A stretch of 62,762 nucleotides of DNA, filler included, from Sphaeroforma arctica JP610 (GCF_001186125.1; 6 parts of 3 records of this genome joined end to end with filler, not necessarily neighbours in it); one strand, 5' to 3'; shown: positions 29,501-42,503, counted from the first letter of the whole stretch. Notes: generated by a model not told the origin, from the letters alone. Numbers and translations: made by a program.

Positions 29501-30152
29501 CTGTATACATAGAGGAGAACGTCATACGTGCACAACACTGCTGGCGAGTGGGAGATGTCGGTAAATGGTGTCAGAATCGAGTGTGTAGTCGAGGCATAGC
29601 ACAACAAGGCACAGTTTGGACCCTGATACAACATCCGAAACAACTGCACTACAATACGACCCCAAACAGCAACCGACATTTCGAGACCAACAACTAGGCC
29701 ACTAACTCAAGAGGCAAGGTCACCTCAATGGCCTCACTCAGTATGACGACGCGGCAAATAGCACATCATGGGAAGACATAGGCATGACTAGGCATATCAA
29801 CCCATCCGTTTACAACGACACAATACGTATCTAAAGGGACTCTATATCTATCCCAAACGACCACATACGAAGACATAGCCATGACTAGGCATATCAACCC
29901 ATCCGTTTACAACGACACAGTACGTATCTAAAGGGACACTATCTATCCCAAACGACCACATACCCGTCTTCCCTCCGCTAGCACTTTAGCCACCAGCTCG
30001 GCAGACTTTTTGATCTGCGCATCGGCACTCTTATGCAACGCCAGTTTGGTGTACGGTCTAGCGTGCACATCCATGCTGTTGTGCTCAGAGGCCTCTTCCA
30101 CCACCATACGCATCATGGCCAGAGTCAGCTCCCCAGGTACCAGCTCAAGCAC
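26199..30152 (-). other. hutH: Histidine ammonia-lyase (HutH) moiety, ~554 aa
   Basis: Starts [10 protein letters not shown]. Contains [16 protein letters not shown] (His-specific SH), the MIO-forming ASG in [12 protein letters not shown] (28880-28888), [19 protein letters not shown] and [10 protein letters not shown], with C-terminal DRYMAPDI...LPSL. Confidence 0.95.
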
Positions 30153-33100
30153 GCCATTGCAGACACCCTCAGCCCCATCGGTTGACTTGACTGCAGACGA
30201 TTCGTTGGTGTCCTTGTGCTCTTGTTTGTGTGAGCGGATGGGCTTGTTGGGGGTGTGCAGCATAGGTAGGTCGAGGTTAGCTTCGATTGCGCACTCTTTA
30301 GCGATGTCGTAACCAGCGTCGGCGTGTCGCATGACACCGGTAGCGGGATCGTTCCTCAGCACTCGGCCCTGTATTAAAGAGGTGTGTGTGCATACATGTG
30401 AATATAAAGATGCATGTTGCACTGTGCAAATTGAGTTTTCAGAAACCTAAAACACTACTACGCCTGCAAGCTAGTACAGATAGAAAGACTAGAGCTTGAG
30501 CAACCTATAAGACTCTCATGCCTGCTCCACCACCATCATACCATGAAAGCCACCTCGTACAATTTCACACACATATGAACAAAGCGCATTCCCATAACCA
30601 CCAGTACATCTATCCGAAGTCATACCAGGCGTTCGTAGGCACTGTCTGTTCCATCCGCCACAATCACTACACCAGAGTGTTGGCTGAAACCCATGCCCAC
30701 ACCACCACCGTGGTGTAAGGACACCCATGTGGCACCGCCAGCTGTGTTGAGCATAGCGTTCAGTAGAGGCCAGTCACTGACTGCGTCAGAGCCATCCATC
30801 ATCGATTCCGTTTCACGGTTAGGGCTGGCCACAGATCCTGCAGAATGTGATAGTGGGGGTAGGAGGTCAGTTGTGGTGATATAGGACACGTGGAAATGTG
30901 TAGCCGCAGTATGTGTGGCATCCTGTAAGGTTCTAGGGTGGTTTGAGTAAGAATAAAGTGAAACGCCACAAGATAGAAAGCGAAAAATAATGTACTTGTT
31001 ACTCACCGGAGTCAAGATGATCACGGCCAATGACAATCGGGGCAGAGAGCTCTCCATTCTTCACCATTTCGTTGAAGGCCTGGCCCAAGCGGTATCGGTC
31101 CTTGACACCTACCCAGCAGATACGAGACGGCAATCCCTGTAGTCCAAGATAAAGCACAGATACAGTTCAGGATATAAGTTTCTACTCAACGGAAATTATC
31201 AACTAAAATCGAAATCGATGCACACTGAACATAGCGCGCCTCACACGTCGAATATCGTGTGTGTGGCACGCATTCCGTAACCCATACACGCTGTATCACG
31301 TACCTGGAAGGCGATGCGTTCGCGGGCCATGTCCAACCAATTGTGCAGGTGCTTGTCCTCGGGGATCAATTCCTTCACTTTAGCATCGGTCTTGTAGATG
31401 TCCTCGGGATCACCGGACAGGGCCACCCAGCGGAAGGGCCCAATGCCCTGACAGAATAGGGGGCGGATGTATGCGGGAACAAACCCGGGGAAGTCGAATG
31501 CGTTGGCTACACCCTCGTCGAGCGCCACCTGGGATTAGAGCGTTATAGGCTTGTTACTTACAAGACAGTGCCAATAGAAGTCTCGATGGACAAAGTACGC
31601 ATTTAGTATACCTATGTTTGTTTGCGGGAACTCAGTCATAGATCGGGCCAACAGCGAGCGCAACATAGGAATAGTTATTGGCATATATTATCAATTAACC
31701 TAATACAAGTGCCAATCCATCCTGAACCATGTACGTACTCTTGTACATACCCAGTGCGATATGATTCTTACATACCTGTCGGATATTGTTTCCGTAGTCA
31801 AGTGTAGCTGCTCCTCGACTCTGCAGGGTGATCATGGACTTCACCTGTTGCGCCATGCTCTTCTTGGCCTCCTTGATAACTGTTTCTGGAGAGTCCGCTT
31901 GTGCATCCTTCCATTGCTTTACAGTCCATCCGTGGGGTAGGTATCCGTGAGTGGGATCGTGAGCTGAGGTTTGATCTGTAACAACGTCGGGAAGGATGTT
32001 TCTATCGACCACCTGTGTGTTGTAAATGTGTGCACGGTATCTAGTGTGTGAGTCGGTGTCGAATAAAGATGACGCACTACAAGTAGCATACGTAAGTTCA
32101 CTCATTGTATCGAAGTTCTTTCACAACGATCATCAAGAAAGCCATACAACACAATGCGACATCAACAATGATCCGATAACCCAACAATCTGAAATCATAA
32201 GAGCTATATATCACGTACCTCTGCGAACACGTCACAGGCGTTGCCTAGCAATCCAACGCTAATAGCCTTTCCCTCTTTCTTGGCAGTCTCAATTCGTGCT
32301 AGAGCTTCATCAAGTGTGTACGCTTTGTAGTCGACATAGCGAGTCTTCAGCCGGAAGTCAATGCGACTCTCATCACACTCAACTGCAATCATACAGAAAC
32401 CAGCCATAACCGCCGCAAGTGGCTGAGCACCACCCATACCACCCAGGCCACCTGTCAGAATCCATCTTCCTGTAATGAAAGAGAAACACAGGATCCAGGC
32501 GACTTGTTTAGGTGGCTGTCGGTAATTCTTTGTACAATTAACATCGCCACCATCTACATGCAATTCCTCGGGAAAGAAGAGCCCAATTCAGACATTGCAG
32601 GGAATACTACACCGGATAATTTCTACTCATCGTCAGTTATTTAAATCAAGTACAATAAAAGACAGATAGTACAGCTCCGAAAGGACTCATCGAAGCAAAA
32701 CCGCGCCTATTAACGGCACCATATAACTTATACTTTAGATGAAACCTATTGGAGTCATCTATGAAATGAATATAATGTAAGATCGACTACGACATGAACC
32801 ACCTACCGTCGGCCTTTCCATCGAAGTGTGTCTTCGCTACAGATACAAACGTTTCGTAGGTGCCCTGCACGATGCCCTGAGACCCTATGTAAATCCATGA
32901 TCCCGCTGTCATCTGGCCATACATCATCAGTCCCTCTTTGTCTAGTTTGCTGAAATGTTCCCAATTGGCCCAGTGTGGTACCTGGATACGAATGCACATG
33001 CGAAGTGTCAATTATATGACCAAGTACAGTAGTACATGTATGCAATAAGTCTACAGAGCAGTTTAAAAGAAACAAGGGTAGTTTGCAACCGAACGGGAGA

Positions 33101-33894
33101 CAGAAGATGCTACTATGAAGTAGAGCCACTCAATAAAACCGAGTTTCATAGAATCAAGGATTGCCACCCGCTTTGAGTGCAGACGGTTCGAGTGAACATC
33201 TTCAAACTGATGAAGCTTGCATGAGACGTCAAGCAGATTGCATCTTCTGCTATTATTCCATACCAAATTGGAATTTGCAATGAGCACTCTCGGCGTTTCG
33301 GGATGAGTCTTGAATACGCCCACTGGTTTACCGCTCTGTATCAAAAGTGTTTCATCACCTTCCAGTCGCTTGAGGGTTTCGATGATCTTATCGTAGCTCT
33401 CCCAATTACGAGCTGCCCGTCCAATCCCACCATACACCACAAGCGCTTGAGGATGCTATGGTCGTAAAATAGAGTAACATACAGGATATGAACATATTAG
33501 AAGTGGGTCTGGGTGAATGAGGATGTGAGTGAGCATCAGAACCAGTAAATATATTGAAGTGTCATATGTACGTTGCTTGAAACCTCACAGCATCATGTTA
33601 GTATAAAATAACGAAGTACTTGTGCAGTATAAACCTCGGATATCTTAACTCAGGTATAGGAATACCAGGTGCAACTGTACTTCAATCCGAAAAACGACTT
33701 GATCTCGAGCTGGTCTCATGATACGGCAGTTTTAACTCGAACTAGCATATCACAACCCCTACCTCTGCTACTTCAGCGTCCAAGTTATTCTGGAGCATGC
33801 GGAAAGCTGCCTCCGTTAACCAGCTCTTACAGTTTAGAGTTGTCCCTCTGGGAGCGCTGACGTTGCGAGAGGGGTCATTGCGGGAGGTATCCAT
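26199..33894 (-). CDS. hutU-hutH: Bifunctional urocanate hydratase - histidine ammonia-lyase fusion protein (HutU-HutH), 17 exons, ~1144 aa
   Basis: Exons: 33894-33763, 33455-33264, 32981-32807, 32469-32219, 32012-31776, 31528-31304, 31136-31007, 30837-30626, 30368-29964, 29395-29162, 28924-28694, 28498-28401, 28163-28004, 27652-27538, 27263-27055, 26822-26620, 26424-26199. All borders are GT-AG and the total is 3435 nt in frame. The two domains meet without a stop inside exon 9. Confidence 0.95.
30258..33894 (-). other. hutU: Urocanate hydratase (HutU) moiety, ~555 aa, proteobacterial type
   Basis: Motifs [90 protein letters not shown] and RHADAGY, ending NLDLPML. Confidence 0.95.
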
Positions 33895-34489
33895 CTTTTT
33901 ATCGTTGAAATTAGGCTTGACTTGTGGCTGAGCTGATCCAACAAATAGGCTGTGCAATTCAAAATTCATCGCACATAATTTAGTGGCAAGGATAGATTAG
34001 CGAGCAACTATGAACAAGCGATAAAACCTCAAAACCATAATTCTTCGACACGCTGACAAATGCTATATCAAATGAGTATAGTAAGGAACAGCATACTTTT
34101 TAATATCGGCCGTGGAGAGTGAAGGGTTACAATTTAGTCTTGGATTAAAGAAAACACAGTAAAGTTTTTGAGTTCACAATTGTAAAACTGTATTGTCTAC
34201 TGTAACATTTGTTAGGGACCTCACTACTTATAGGTCTCGTTCGGAGCAGCCAAAAGCACAAGCTTGCAAACAATAGAGTGCAAAAATCGTCGAACAATAG
34301 CCACCATACGACAATCATGTGGTGGAATCCCATATGATGTTTGCTATTTGCATAACAATCCCCTTCTCCAATGACAATCGTTGTTTGTATTTATCAGAAT
34401 GAGTAAAGCAGTGTGTATGTATTGTAAAATGTAAATAGTGTTGTATATTGTATACTCAATTACTCAATGTACTATGCCAAAAAAAAGCG

Positions 34490-37400
34490 CAAACAGCCAA
34501 TAGAAAAGAGAAAACTACTCCAAATATTCGAAAATGAGTATAGCATGCCAAAGGTCGGCGTTATGATGTTGAATTTTCAGAAATCTGACGAAAAAGAGTC
34601 CATACCAGTCCCTACTGCGGGTATTTATAGAAACAAAGAGATTCTAAAAAAAAACACCGAGAAAGATTCAAAACAATGCTCACTGCGGGGAACCTTGAGG
34701 ATACTTTTCAGGAGGAGAAAACTCAATAAAAGCCTCTTAGAGCCCACTTGGATACCGTTGCTGAATTGGCAATCGTGGACTACCTGGGAACAATAAAATA
34801 ATAAAAGTACTTTATTATGTATGTATAGCTTTAGATATTATTGAATATGTGTATAATATTTGTTCGGTATGTGTGTGGATTGTGTCATGTGGGCTGTTGT
34901 AGACTGTGGAATGTAGAGGGCTGAGCGTAGACTGTAGTCCGACTATTTATTAAGAATATCCTGCGAAGTCAGACTCTCTACTAGTAGAGTACTATAATAG
35001 TGAGAGAGAAGTTAAAAGGAAAATTTATTCAAATACGGATACCACAAGCCCACACCACATAACGGAGTGAATGAATTATTAAAAGCCCGTAGGACGCAGA
35101 TTTTGAGAGTTTGTGTGCATATANNNNNNNNNNNNNNNNNNNNNNNNNNNNNNNNNNNNNNNNNNNNTTAATTAATTAANNNNNNNNNNNNNNNNNNNNN
35201 NNNNNNNNNNNNNNNNNNNNNNNATATATATATTTAAATAGGCTGCTTTGATCTGATGCCAGTGTATTTTCAATGGATGCGAATTAGTTACTACTGAGGA
35301 AATACTACTCTGCTCTATTGAAACACTTCTGTCTTTACTGGGCATATTTTATGTAGGTGTATAAACTTCAAGCCACCAGCATCTCCACGATGTGATCCTC
35401 TACAATATAACAATATCCAACTAGCTTGTTGAAGTCACCAGCTAGTTTCTTCATATATGTGGTATTCAAGCAATATATTGCTTTGTACTCGCGGTACGTG
35501 ATTTAAATTGTCGACGTATACCTTTGAGCATCTTTTACTTGTTATAATTTAATTCATTAATCGCGCAGTATCAAAGTGACATTTACTTGTTGTGGAATTA
35601 CCTTGTTTTCAGGAATATTCTTTAAGGACATGTCGCAAGCAAGACCTTATCAATACCAAGGTTGGGGCCTCGCTGTGATAAAACCCCATACTGCCCGGCA
35701 GAGCAAAACTACAAGTTGGAATCGATGTCGAGTTCATTCGTAGATAACCAATGTAAAGTAATACATGAGTATGTGTTCCTGATGCTGGATATATAAATAC
35801 AAGCAGTTGTTATTGATACAGAAGCGTAAAAGCTGGGTAGCGGCAAGTCAGGCGGACGTCAAAGACCGGCGGGTGATTTGATACTCTAATATGCGTGAAG
35901 GCTACCAGCTTATCAAACAGTGTCTGGCGTATATATATCGGTCTCCATGGCAACACATCAAGGAATTTTTACAGCGCCATACTTAATTTCTTGATCAGAG
36001 AATTTCATACTGAGATCTTTTCGACACTGCTGACCACACTAAAACAGCGTCCTATTTACAAATACAGTAGTAGAATTTATATTTGGCGAGCTAAGTGTAG
36101 AACTGAGATTGATGTTGCAATGCGCACGAGAGATGGTTACCTATAGTCACCGCAATTGCGGTCCTTGAAAAATGTATTCCGAAATAGCAACACACAAATT
36201 ATATCGCGATCCCAATAAACGTTTTTTATTTCATGAATTATGTGGTAAATTATCATGTGATCCTCTGTCTTGTGAAATAAAAATCAAATTCAACAAGATA
36301 GCCATGAGAATATCCGAACTGATCTTCGTTCTTTACACTTCTTTTTAACCCCACTTCTTTTTACTATCCCCTTGATTTTCTCACCATTCTCATGGACTTA
36401 TATATGGTGAAATGTGATATCGTAAGCCCCTGTGTAAAGTGCAACCAAATATGAGCTTGATACTCGAATACGTACAGTTTACGGCATCCGCTCGTTGATT
36501 TTGAATTCATATGCATTGAATAGGCGATCTCACATATTTGTTTTGATATCTTTTTTTAATATCACCTTGATTATCTCACCATTCTCATGGGTTCATATAT
36601 GATAAAAAGTAAGATCGTAAGCCCCAGTGTAAAGTGCAACCAAATATGAGCTTAATACTCAAATACATACAGTCCACGGCCTCCGCTCGCTGATTCTGAA
36701 TTCATTTGCATTGAATAGGCGATGTCACTTGTATGTTTTGACATACTTCTCTAAAGCGAGAGAGAGGGCCCTGTAGTCTGTAGGGTAGAGCAGGCTAATG
36801 AGATGACATCACTGATGTCTGACGGAACAATTCTAATAATCGGACACTCTACGTTGACCAAAAAACACTGACAACTTCAAGAGTTGAAGATATTGACATC
36901 ACTGACACAGTGACATCACCCATCATAATTCTTTTTCACAGCCATCAGCCCATCACGCATTAAAAATAAATACGGATGAATACAAAATTCATTTTTAAAG
37001 AAATATTTATAATAATAAAAATACTATTTATCAGAATGAGTCAGGACAGAATTCGATGCCAAATTAGTCGAAACTACCAACAGAGAATGAGAGTCTACTC
37101 CAAATATTCGAAAATGAGTATAGCATACCAAAGGTCGGCGTTATGACGTTGAATTTTCAGAAATCTGACGAAAAGAGTCCATACCAGTCCCTACTGCGGG
37201 TATTTGTGGAAAAAAAAGCCTAAAAAGGGATTCTAAAAATAAAACACCGAGAAAGATTCAAAACAATGCTCACTGCGGGGAACCCTGAGAATCTCTGAAT
37301 CTGAAATACTTCTCATTTTCTCGCGCGAGAGGAATACTCCGCCATGTAAATGCTAAATATTTAGACTTTCAAAGCTCACTTGGATACCGTTGCTGAATTG

Positions 37401-38700
37401 CTGATTTGTTGGGGAATGTTTTTGTTTTGAAAAATAAACAAAAACTATACGGAACACCGAACAACATGGGAAATGTTTTTGTTTTGAAAAAAAAACAAAA
37501 ACTATGTGGAACAACATGTCTGGTCATGATCTTCTGGGGAGAATCCATTTCTCATCCAGCGACAATATCTAGAGAGGGTCATGGGAACAAATATGCTTTT
37601 ATATCATTGGACATTCGTATTTGTTCGGTATATATGTATTTTAAAATATGTGGATTGTATATGTGCCACTCGCCGATGCCTGGCCGATGCAGTCTGTAGA
37701 CTGTAGACTATAAGAGTGTAGAGTGTATCTATTTAAAAGGTGTATTTAAACTGTAAACTATAGTTTGTAGTCGGACAGTCAAGAAAATTATGAGCGTATT
37801 CTGATCTAGAGAGACTAGAGAGAGAGGGGAAAGGACAAATATACCACAACCTAGAGTATTAGGATTTCGAGTTTGAGAATTCGAGTACATGTTATTCTTA
37901 AAAATACGATGCTTTGATCTGATGACAGTGTATTTTAATGGTTTTCCTGTAAGTTACTACACAGTACTGTTCTGCTGTGATGATACACTCTTTCCTATAC
38001 TGGGCACACTATCTTATGTGGGCGTACGAGCTTCCAACAACCAGCATCTTCACAACGTGATCTTCCACAATATTACAATACCCAACTCGCTTGTTTAGTA
38101 TACTACTTGGAACTAACGGTAAGTAAATTAAAATGTCGATGTATAACTTAGCATCTGTCACCTATAATATGTTTTATCGTGTAGCACTATGGTGATATTT
38201 ACTTGGCATGGAATAACCTTCTGCTAGAAAGCAAAGCAAAACTGCACGTTGGAATCAGTGTTTAGCTCATTCGTAGATAACCCACGTAAAGCAGCACGAT
38301 GATAATTTTACTGAAGAAAAAAATATTCTTCTCTATACTGCGACAAATATAAGCAGTTGTCGTGTGCGTTTCTTGATAGAAGAGTGTCAGCTAGGCAGCG
38401 TCACGTTACGTGAACCGACACAAAGCCGGCGCGATATTTGTAGGCTGATTGTATTACGCGTCAGGGGTGAAAGCTAATTAAACAATATCTAACTTATATA
38501 CACTGTTGACCACTACGCTAGACTACATCCAATTTACAAATTCGATAATAGAATTTAAACTCAGCTAGATCGATGTTACGATGCACACGAAATGTGATTA
38601 CCCAAAGTCACCTACGATAGCGATCCTCGAAAACGTGTTCCGCAATAGCATTTTACAACTTAAATCGCAATCCCTCCCAATGAGCGTATTATATTATTGA
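34490..38700. repeat. Diverged direct duplication of a ~1.7-kb unit (about 34490-36230 and 37070-38700)
   Basis: Blocks shared in the same order: TACTCCAAATATTCGAAAATGAGTATAGCAT..CAAAGGTCGGCG, CACTTGGATACCGTTGCTGAATTG, GCTTTGATCTGATG..AGTGTATTTT, CATTCGTAGATAACC and GATGTT.C.ATGC.CACGA. Confidence 0.75.
36370..36745. repeat. ~190-bp direct repeat, 2 copies
   Basis: TCACCATTCTCATGG...CGTAAGCCCC.GTGTAAAGTGCAACCAAATATGAGCTT...TGCATTGAATAGGCGAT occurs twice. Confidence 0.85.
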
Positions 38701-39068
38701 AATTTGGGATGAATTACTTGCTGATTTGTACTTTTTTTTGTTTGGATGCACTCATTTTTTACACATTTAAACATTGAATCACCTTAAGCATAACATGGCC
38801 TCGCTAGTCATTTAGACGCAGTCCACGCTCGTTGTTATTCATATACTATGTATGGGCGATACATATATACTTCGTTATCTCGAGGCTTGTGAGATGGCAT
38901 ACAGGCCAATATTCAAATGTACGTAAATACATTTAATTCCTTCTAAATTAAAAATTTGATCGAAAAGTCTCATTGTATGTAAAAACATTTAATTCCTTCT
39001 AAATTAAATGAATTATATTTATAAATGACCCAGACATAGTACAAGACCTTCTATTTTGTAGCACTTGT

Positions 39069-41581
39069 TCACGGTGGTGATGGATTACCGGCGACGCTCA
39101 CAAGGTTGATACAATATCTGTTCCCATTTCTATCGGCTGCAAAGTGATGCAATATTTGTGTCTTAGTGCAACCCGCTCAGTATCATAAACCAACTTCATA
39201 TGGCCGTTACGAACATGATTTATGTGCACAAGATATCTTCGCTGGTATACAGACTAAGCAAACTGATTTTGTATGTACCAAAGACATACACAAAATACTT
39301 GTGCGTAGTTTCACGGGGCGTTCCCGCACAATAAGAGACAATCCACAGCAAAACAAAAACAGCAACCAAGATTCCATTCTTGAATAAGTCTAACCACAGG
39401 CACAGTCCACAAACATGTTAGTGCGAGTCATAATCATCTGGTTTTAAAACACTTTTCCTTCAGCGTCAGCTAAAAAAAATAGAACACGTATAACCCGTTA
39501 TACTCCTCTTACTGCACGTCACATTCAGAATTCAACGCACAAACAGCTAGGCCTGTATAGCCCGGGTGCATTGCTTTGCATTCCATGCCTACATAGTATA
39601 CAAACTTTCAAAACAGTACTTTAGGGGCCACCAATCACACACAATGGAATCTAATCAATATGAATGACACAGCGGCCGCCACCAAACCTCTGAGCTAAAC
39701 ATTGATTTTGCACCGAAAATGATATAGCATCCTTGTAAAACATGAACAGTTAGTTATTTCGGCAATGATACACGTGCACGGCAAACTTACGTAGGTTGTG
39801 TCCGAGATGAGTACCCTCTAAGCTGACTGTTTCGCCGTCGCTTAAAACCCTCACATTCTCTTTGACAACCTCATCATCCCTGAAACTCGGCCAACCATGA
39901 GCTCTGCTCTCGCTTATAAAGTCCTGCATAGTCCTATTCCTAGGGGCTATAAAAAGTGGTTTTCCGGTCACAGAGTCGTAGAACGTCACTTCGGTGTTAT
40001 CGCCTTCTTTTGCCATTTTTTGCACCTCTGTTGCAAATGCGGTGTGTTGCCAATAGCCGCTATTCTCGGCATATCTTCGATTGAAACAGCAGATGCGGTC
40101 TGCCAAACTCTGATGGCACTTCCAGCGCAGGTGGTCCTAAATATTTGGCAAGGACGGCAAAAAGCGAAGTTAATGCAGACAAACACTTTTGCACCAGCAT
40201 CAATCATACCATATTTACGAAGAAATGCCGTGCTACTACTTGAGACGCAATGAACAACTACTACTATGGTAGAAACGACGGTGACAACAAATCCCTGGCT
40301 CGATCAGAGTACAAGTCAGGTGTATATATGCGAAAATCACGGGAAGTCATCCTTCAGAAAGACTATCCTTCACGAAGTCCCGCATATTGTAGCCCAATGA
40401 TACAGCTAAATGCATACGTCCGTCTTCGTGATATATTTTAAACGAACGCATCACATACCAATAAAATATAGTAAGGAACAATTTTTATTTGAGTTGGTCT
40501 ATGCAGTAAACACAAAATGTCAGAGCTTCCCTTCTAGTAGGAAAAAACAAACAATCATAAGGTCAATTGGTCAGAACATACAGAGCTAATATATTATCAT
40601 GCGACGGATAGAATTTGTACATATTGCAAAACAGCCACACTCAAGTCGCGCAAACTGCTACCCCACACAAGCCAAGACAACTACAAGCTATACTCGCACG
40701 ACGATAAAACTGATGACTCCCGCATAAGGCCTACTGAAAGGCGCAGGAATGGAGTCTGGGTACCACAATGATAATGAACACGTGCATGGCTGGAACATGG
40801 ACATATCAACATGCTCACATCACGGCAGAAAATAGAAATAAATCGACTGATATGGAGAACCCCTTTCGATGATCGCGTACATCAGACACCGACAGTACAA
40901 TATAATAGTGCTCAATCGATGGAATATACTCCCAAACGTGTATAACTACAACTATACGTGTTTCGTTATAAATTAGAAATACCTGCCTCTCCAACATGTG
41001 CAAGTTAAGTTTACATATATATGTATTGCTCGTTATACACTTTAACAAAGACATCTGCTTGAAAATGTGCATATATATATGTCAGTATGTACTTCTATGT
41101 ATCGTACACACGATACAAAGGAGTGTGACTCAAATATGTGCATAAGCACACATATGTGTTTACAAGTAACTTATACATGGTATAAATACGTGTGTCCTAC
41201 GCTACCGAACGGTAGTAAGTATTAACCTACCTGCACAGGCTGGCTGCAGGTTCCGTGCTCTTTTTTACTCATAATTGACTCCTCGCCAGCCAACTCTCCC
41301 AACTTTGGAGCAGCAATGCCCGTCCCTTTACTGTGAGACATCCCCATTGATATGAAGATCAACGCAAAACAGCTCAGTATCAACAGCAATCCCACCACAA
41401 AGCTTGTGACACAGTTGCAGTTTATAACAGTCCTCCCACACTTCCGGCTGGAAGGATTTTCTTGCTCTGTTGTTGTATCAGAATATATATTATCAGGATA
41501 TGTATCTTCTTCGTACTTGGATATATCGGGTACTAATCTCTCAGTATCCGAATCGGCGGTATTATACTTGTTTGTCATCAT
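39069..41581 (-). CDS. MsrB/SelR-like (methionine-R-sulfoxide reductase fold) protein with an N-terminal transmembrane anchor, 3 exons, ~254 aa
   Basis: Exons 41581-41231, 40136-39791 and 39136-39069 join in frame. MsrB-type motifs are FYDSVTGKPLF, HGWPSF, THLGH and RYCINL. The hydrophobic segment is FVVGLLLILSCFALIFISMG. Confidence 0.8.
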
Positions 41582-42238
41582 CTGCTGTTTAAGCAAAACT
41601 CTTCGAATTGCACAATATAAATATTCGTATCTACGTATATGCACATAAATCCATATATCTATTTACATTCATATATCATAGCCTTCTAAGATAGACACAA
41701 GGCTATGCATATATGCATATATTCATATTTTAACATTTTAGTGGTGTTTGTTCGTGTGATCTTTGACAAATAAATTTATGCCACAATGAATATGCACGGC
41801 GTCACAGAAAAACGAATGACTCATCGTCTCTTCATGATGTACAAATGATTTCTTTTGCTTGTGAAGTAAAAAATAGATATAATAACTATATAAAGGACGG
41901 AACGTGGGCAGCTTTGCTAGAGAGGGACGTGGGCAGCGTCGGCAGTGTGGAGCGTGGCTAGATTTGCATTACTTGTGTGACCTCGTCAATGAGCGAATTC
42001 GAAGTATAGGTGGGACAATAGATCTATTCCAAATTTTAACCCAGACAAGACCTTCGACGACATAAGTACAATTGTCTCCACTACTAAAATAGTAAGTTTA
42101 TGCAGCATACATATCTACATAGCAGATGTGTGTCAAAATATACGACTAAATTTTGGCGTGAGTATGATTGACTCTACAGAATGGATATCAGCAACTCGTG
42201 AAATATAATTGGTATACATATGTATAATAAATTACAAG

Positions 42239-42349
<111 letters not shown>

Positions 42350-42472
42350 NNNNNNNNNNNNNNNNNNNNNNNNNNNNNNNNNNNNNNNNNNNNTTAATTA
42401 ATTAANNNNNNNNNNNNNNNNNNNNNNNNNNNNNNNNNNNNNNNNNNNNATATATAGAATATATATATAAAC

Positions 42473-42503
<31 letters not shown>

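Noticed and set aside
29943..30422. hutU and hutH as two separate neighbouring genes
   Set aside because: There is no stop codon, intergenic space or start Met between the domains, and the junction lies within one exon.
26199..33894. Bacterial contamination as the source of hutU/hutH
   Set aside because: Sixteen GT-AG introns, one containing a (TG)n microsatellite like the rest of the window, show the gene is integrated in the eukaryotic genome.
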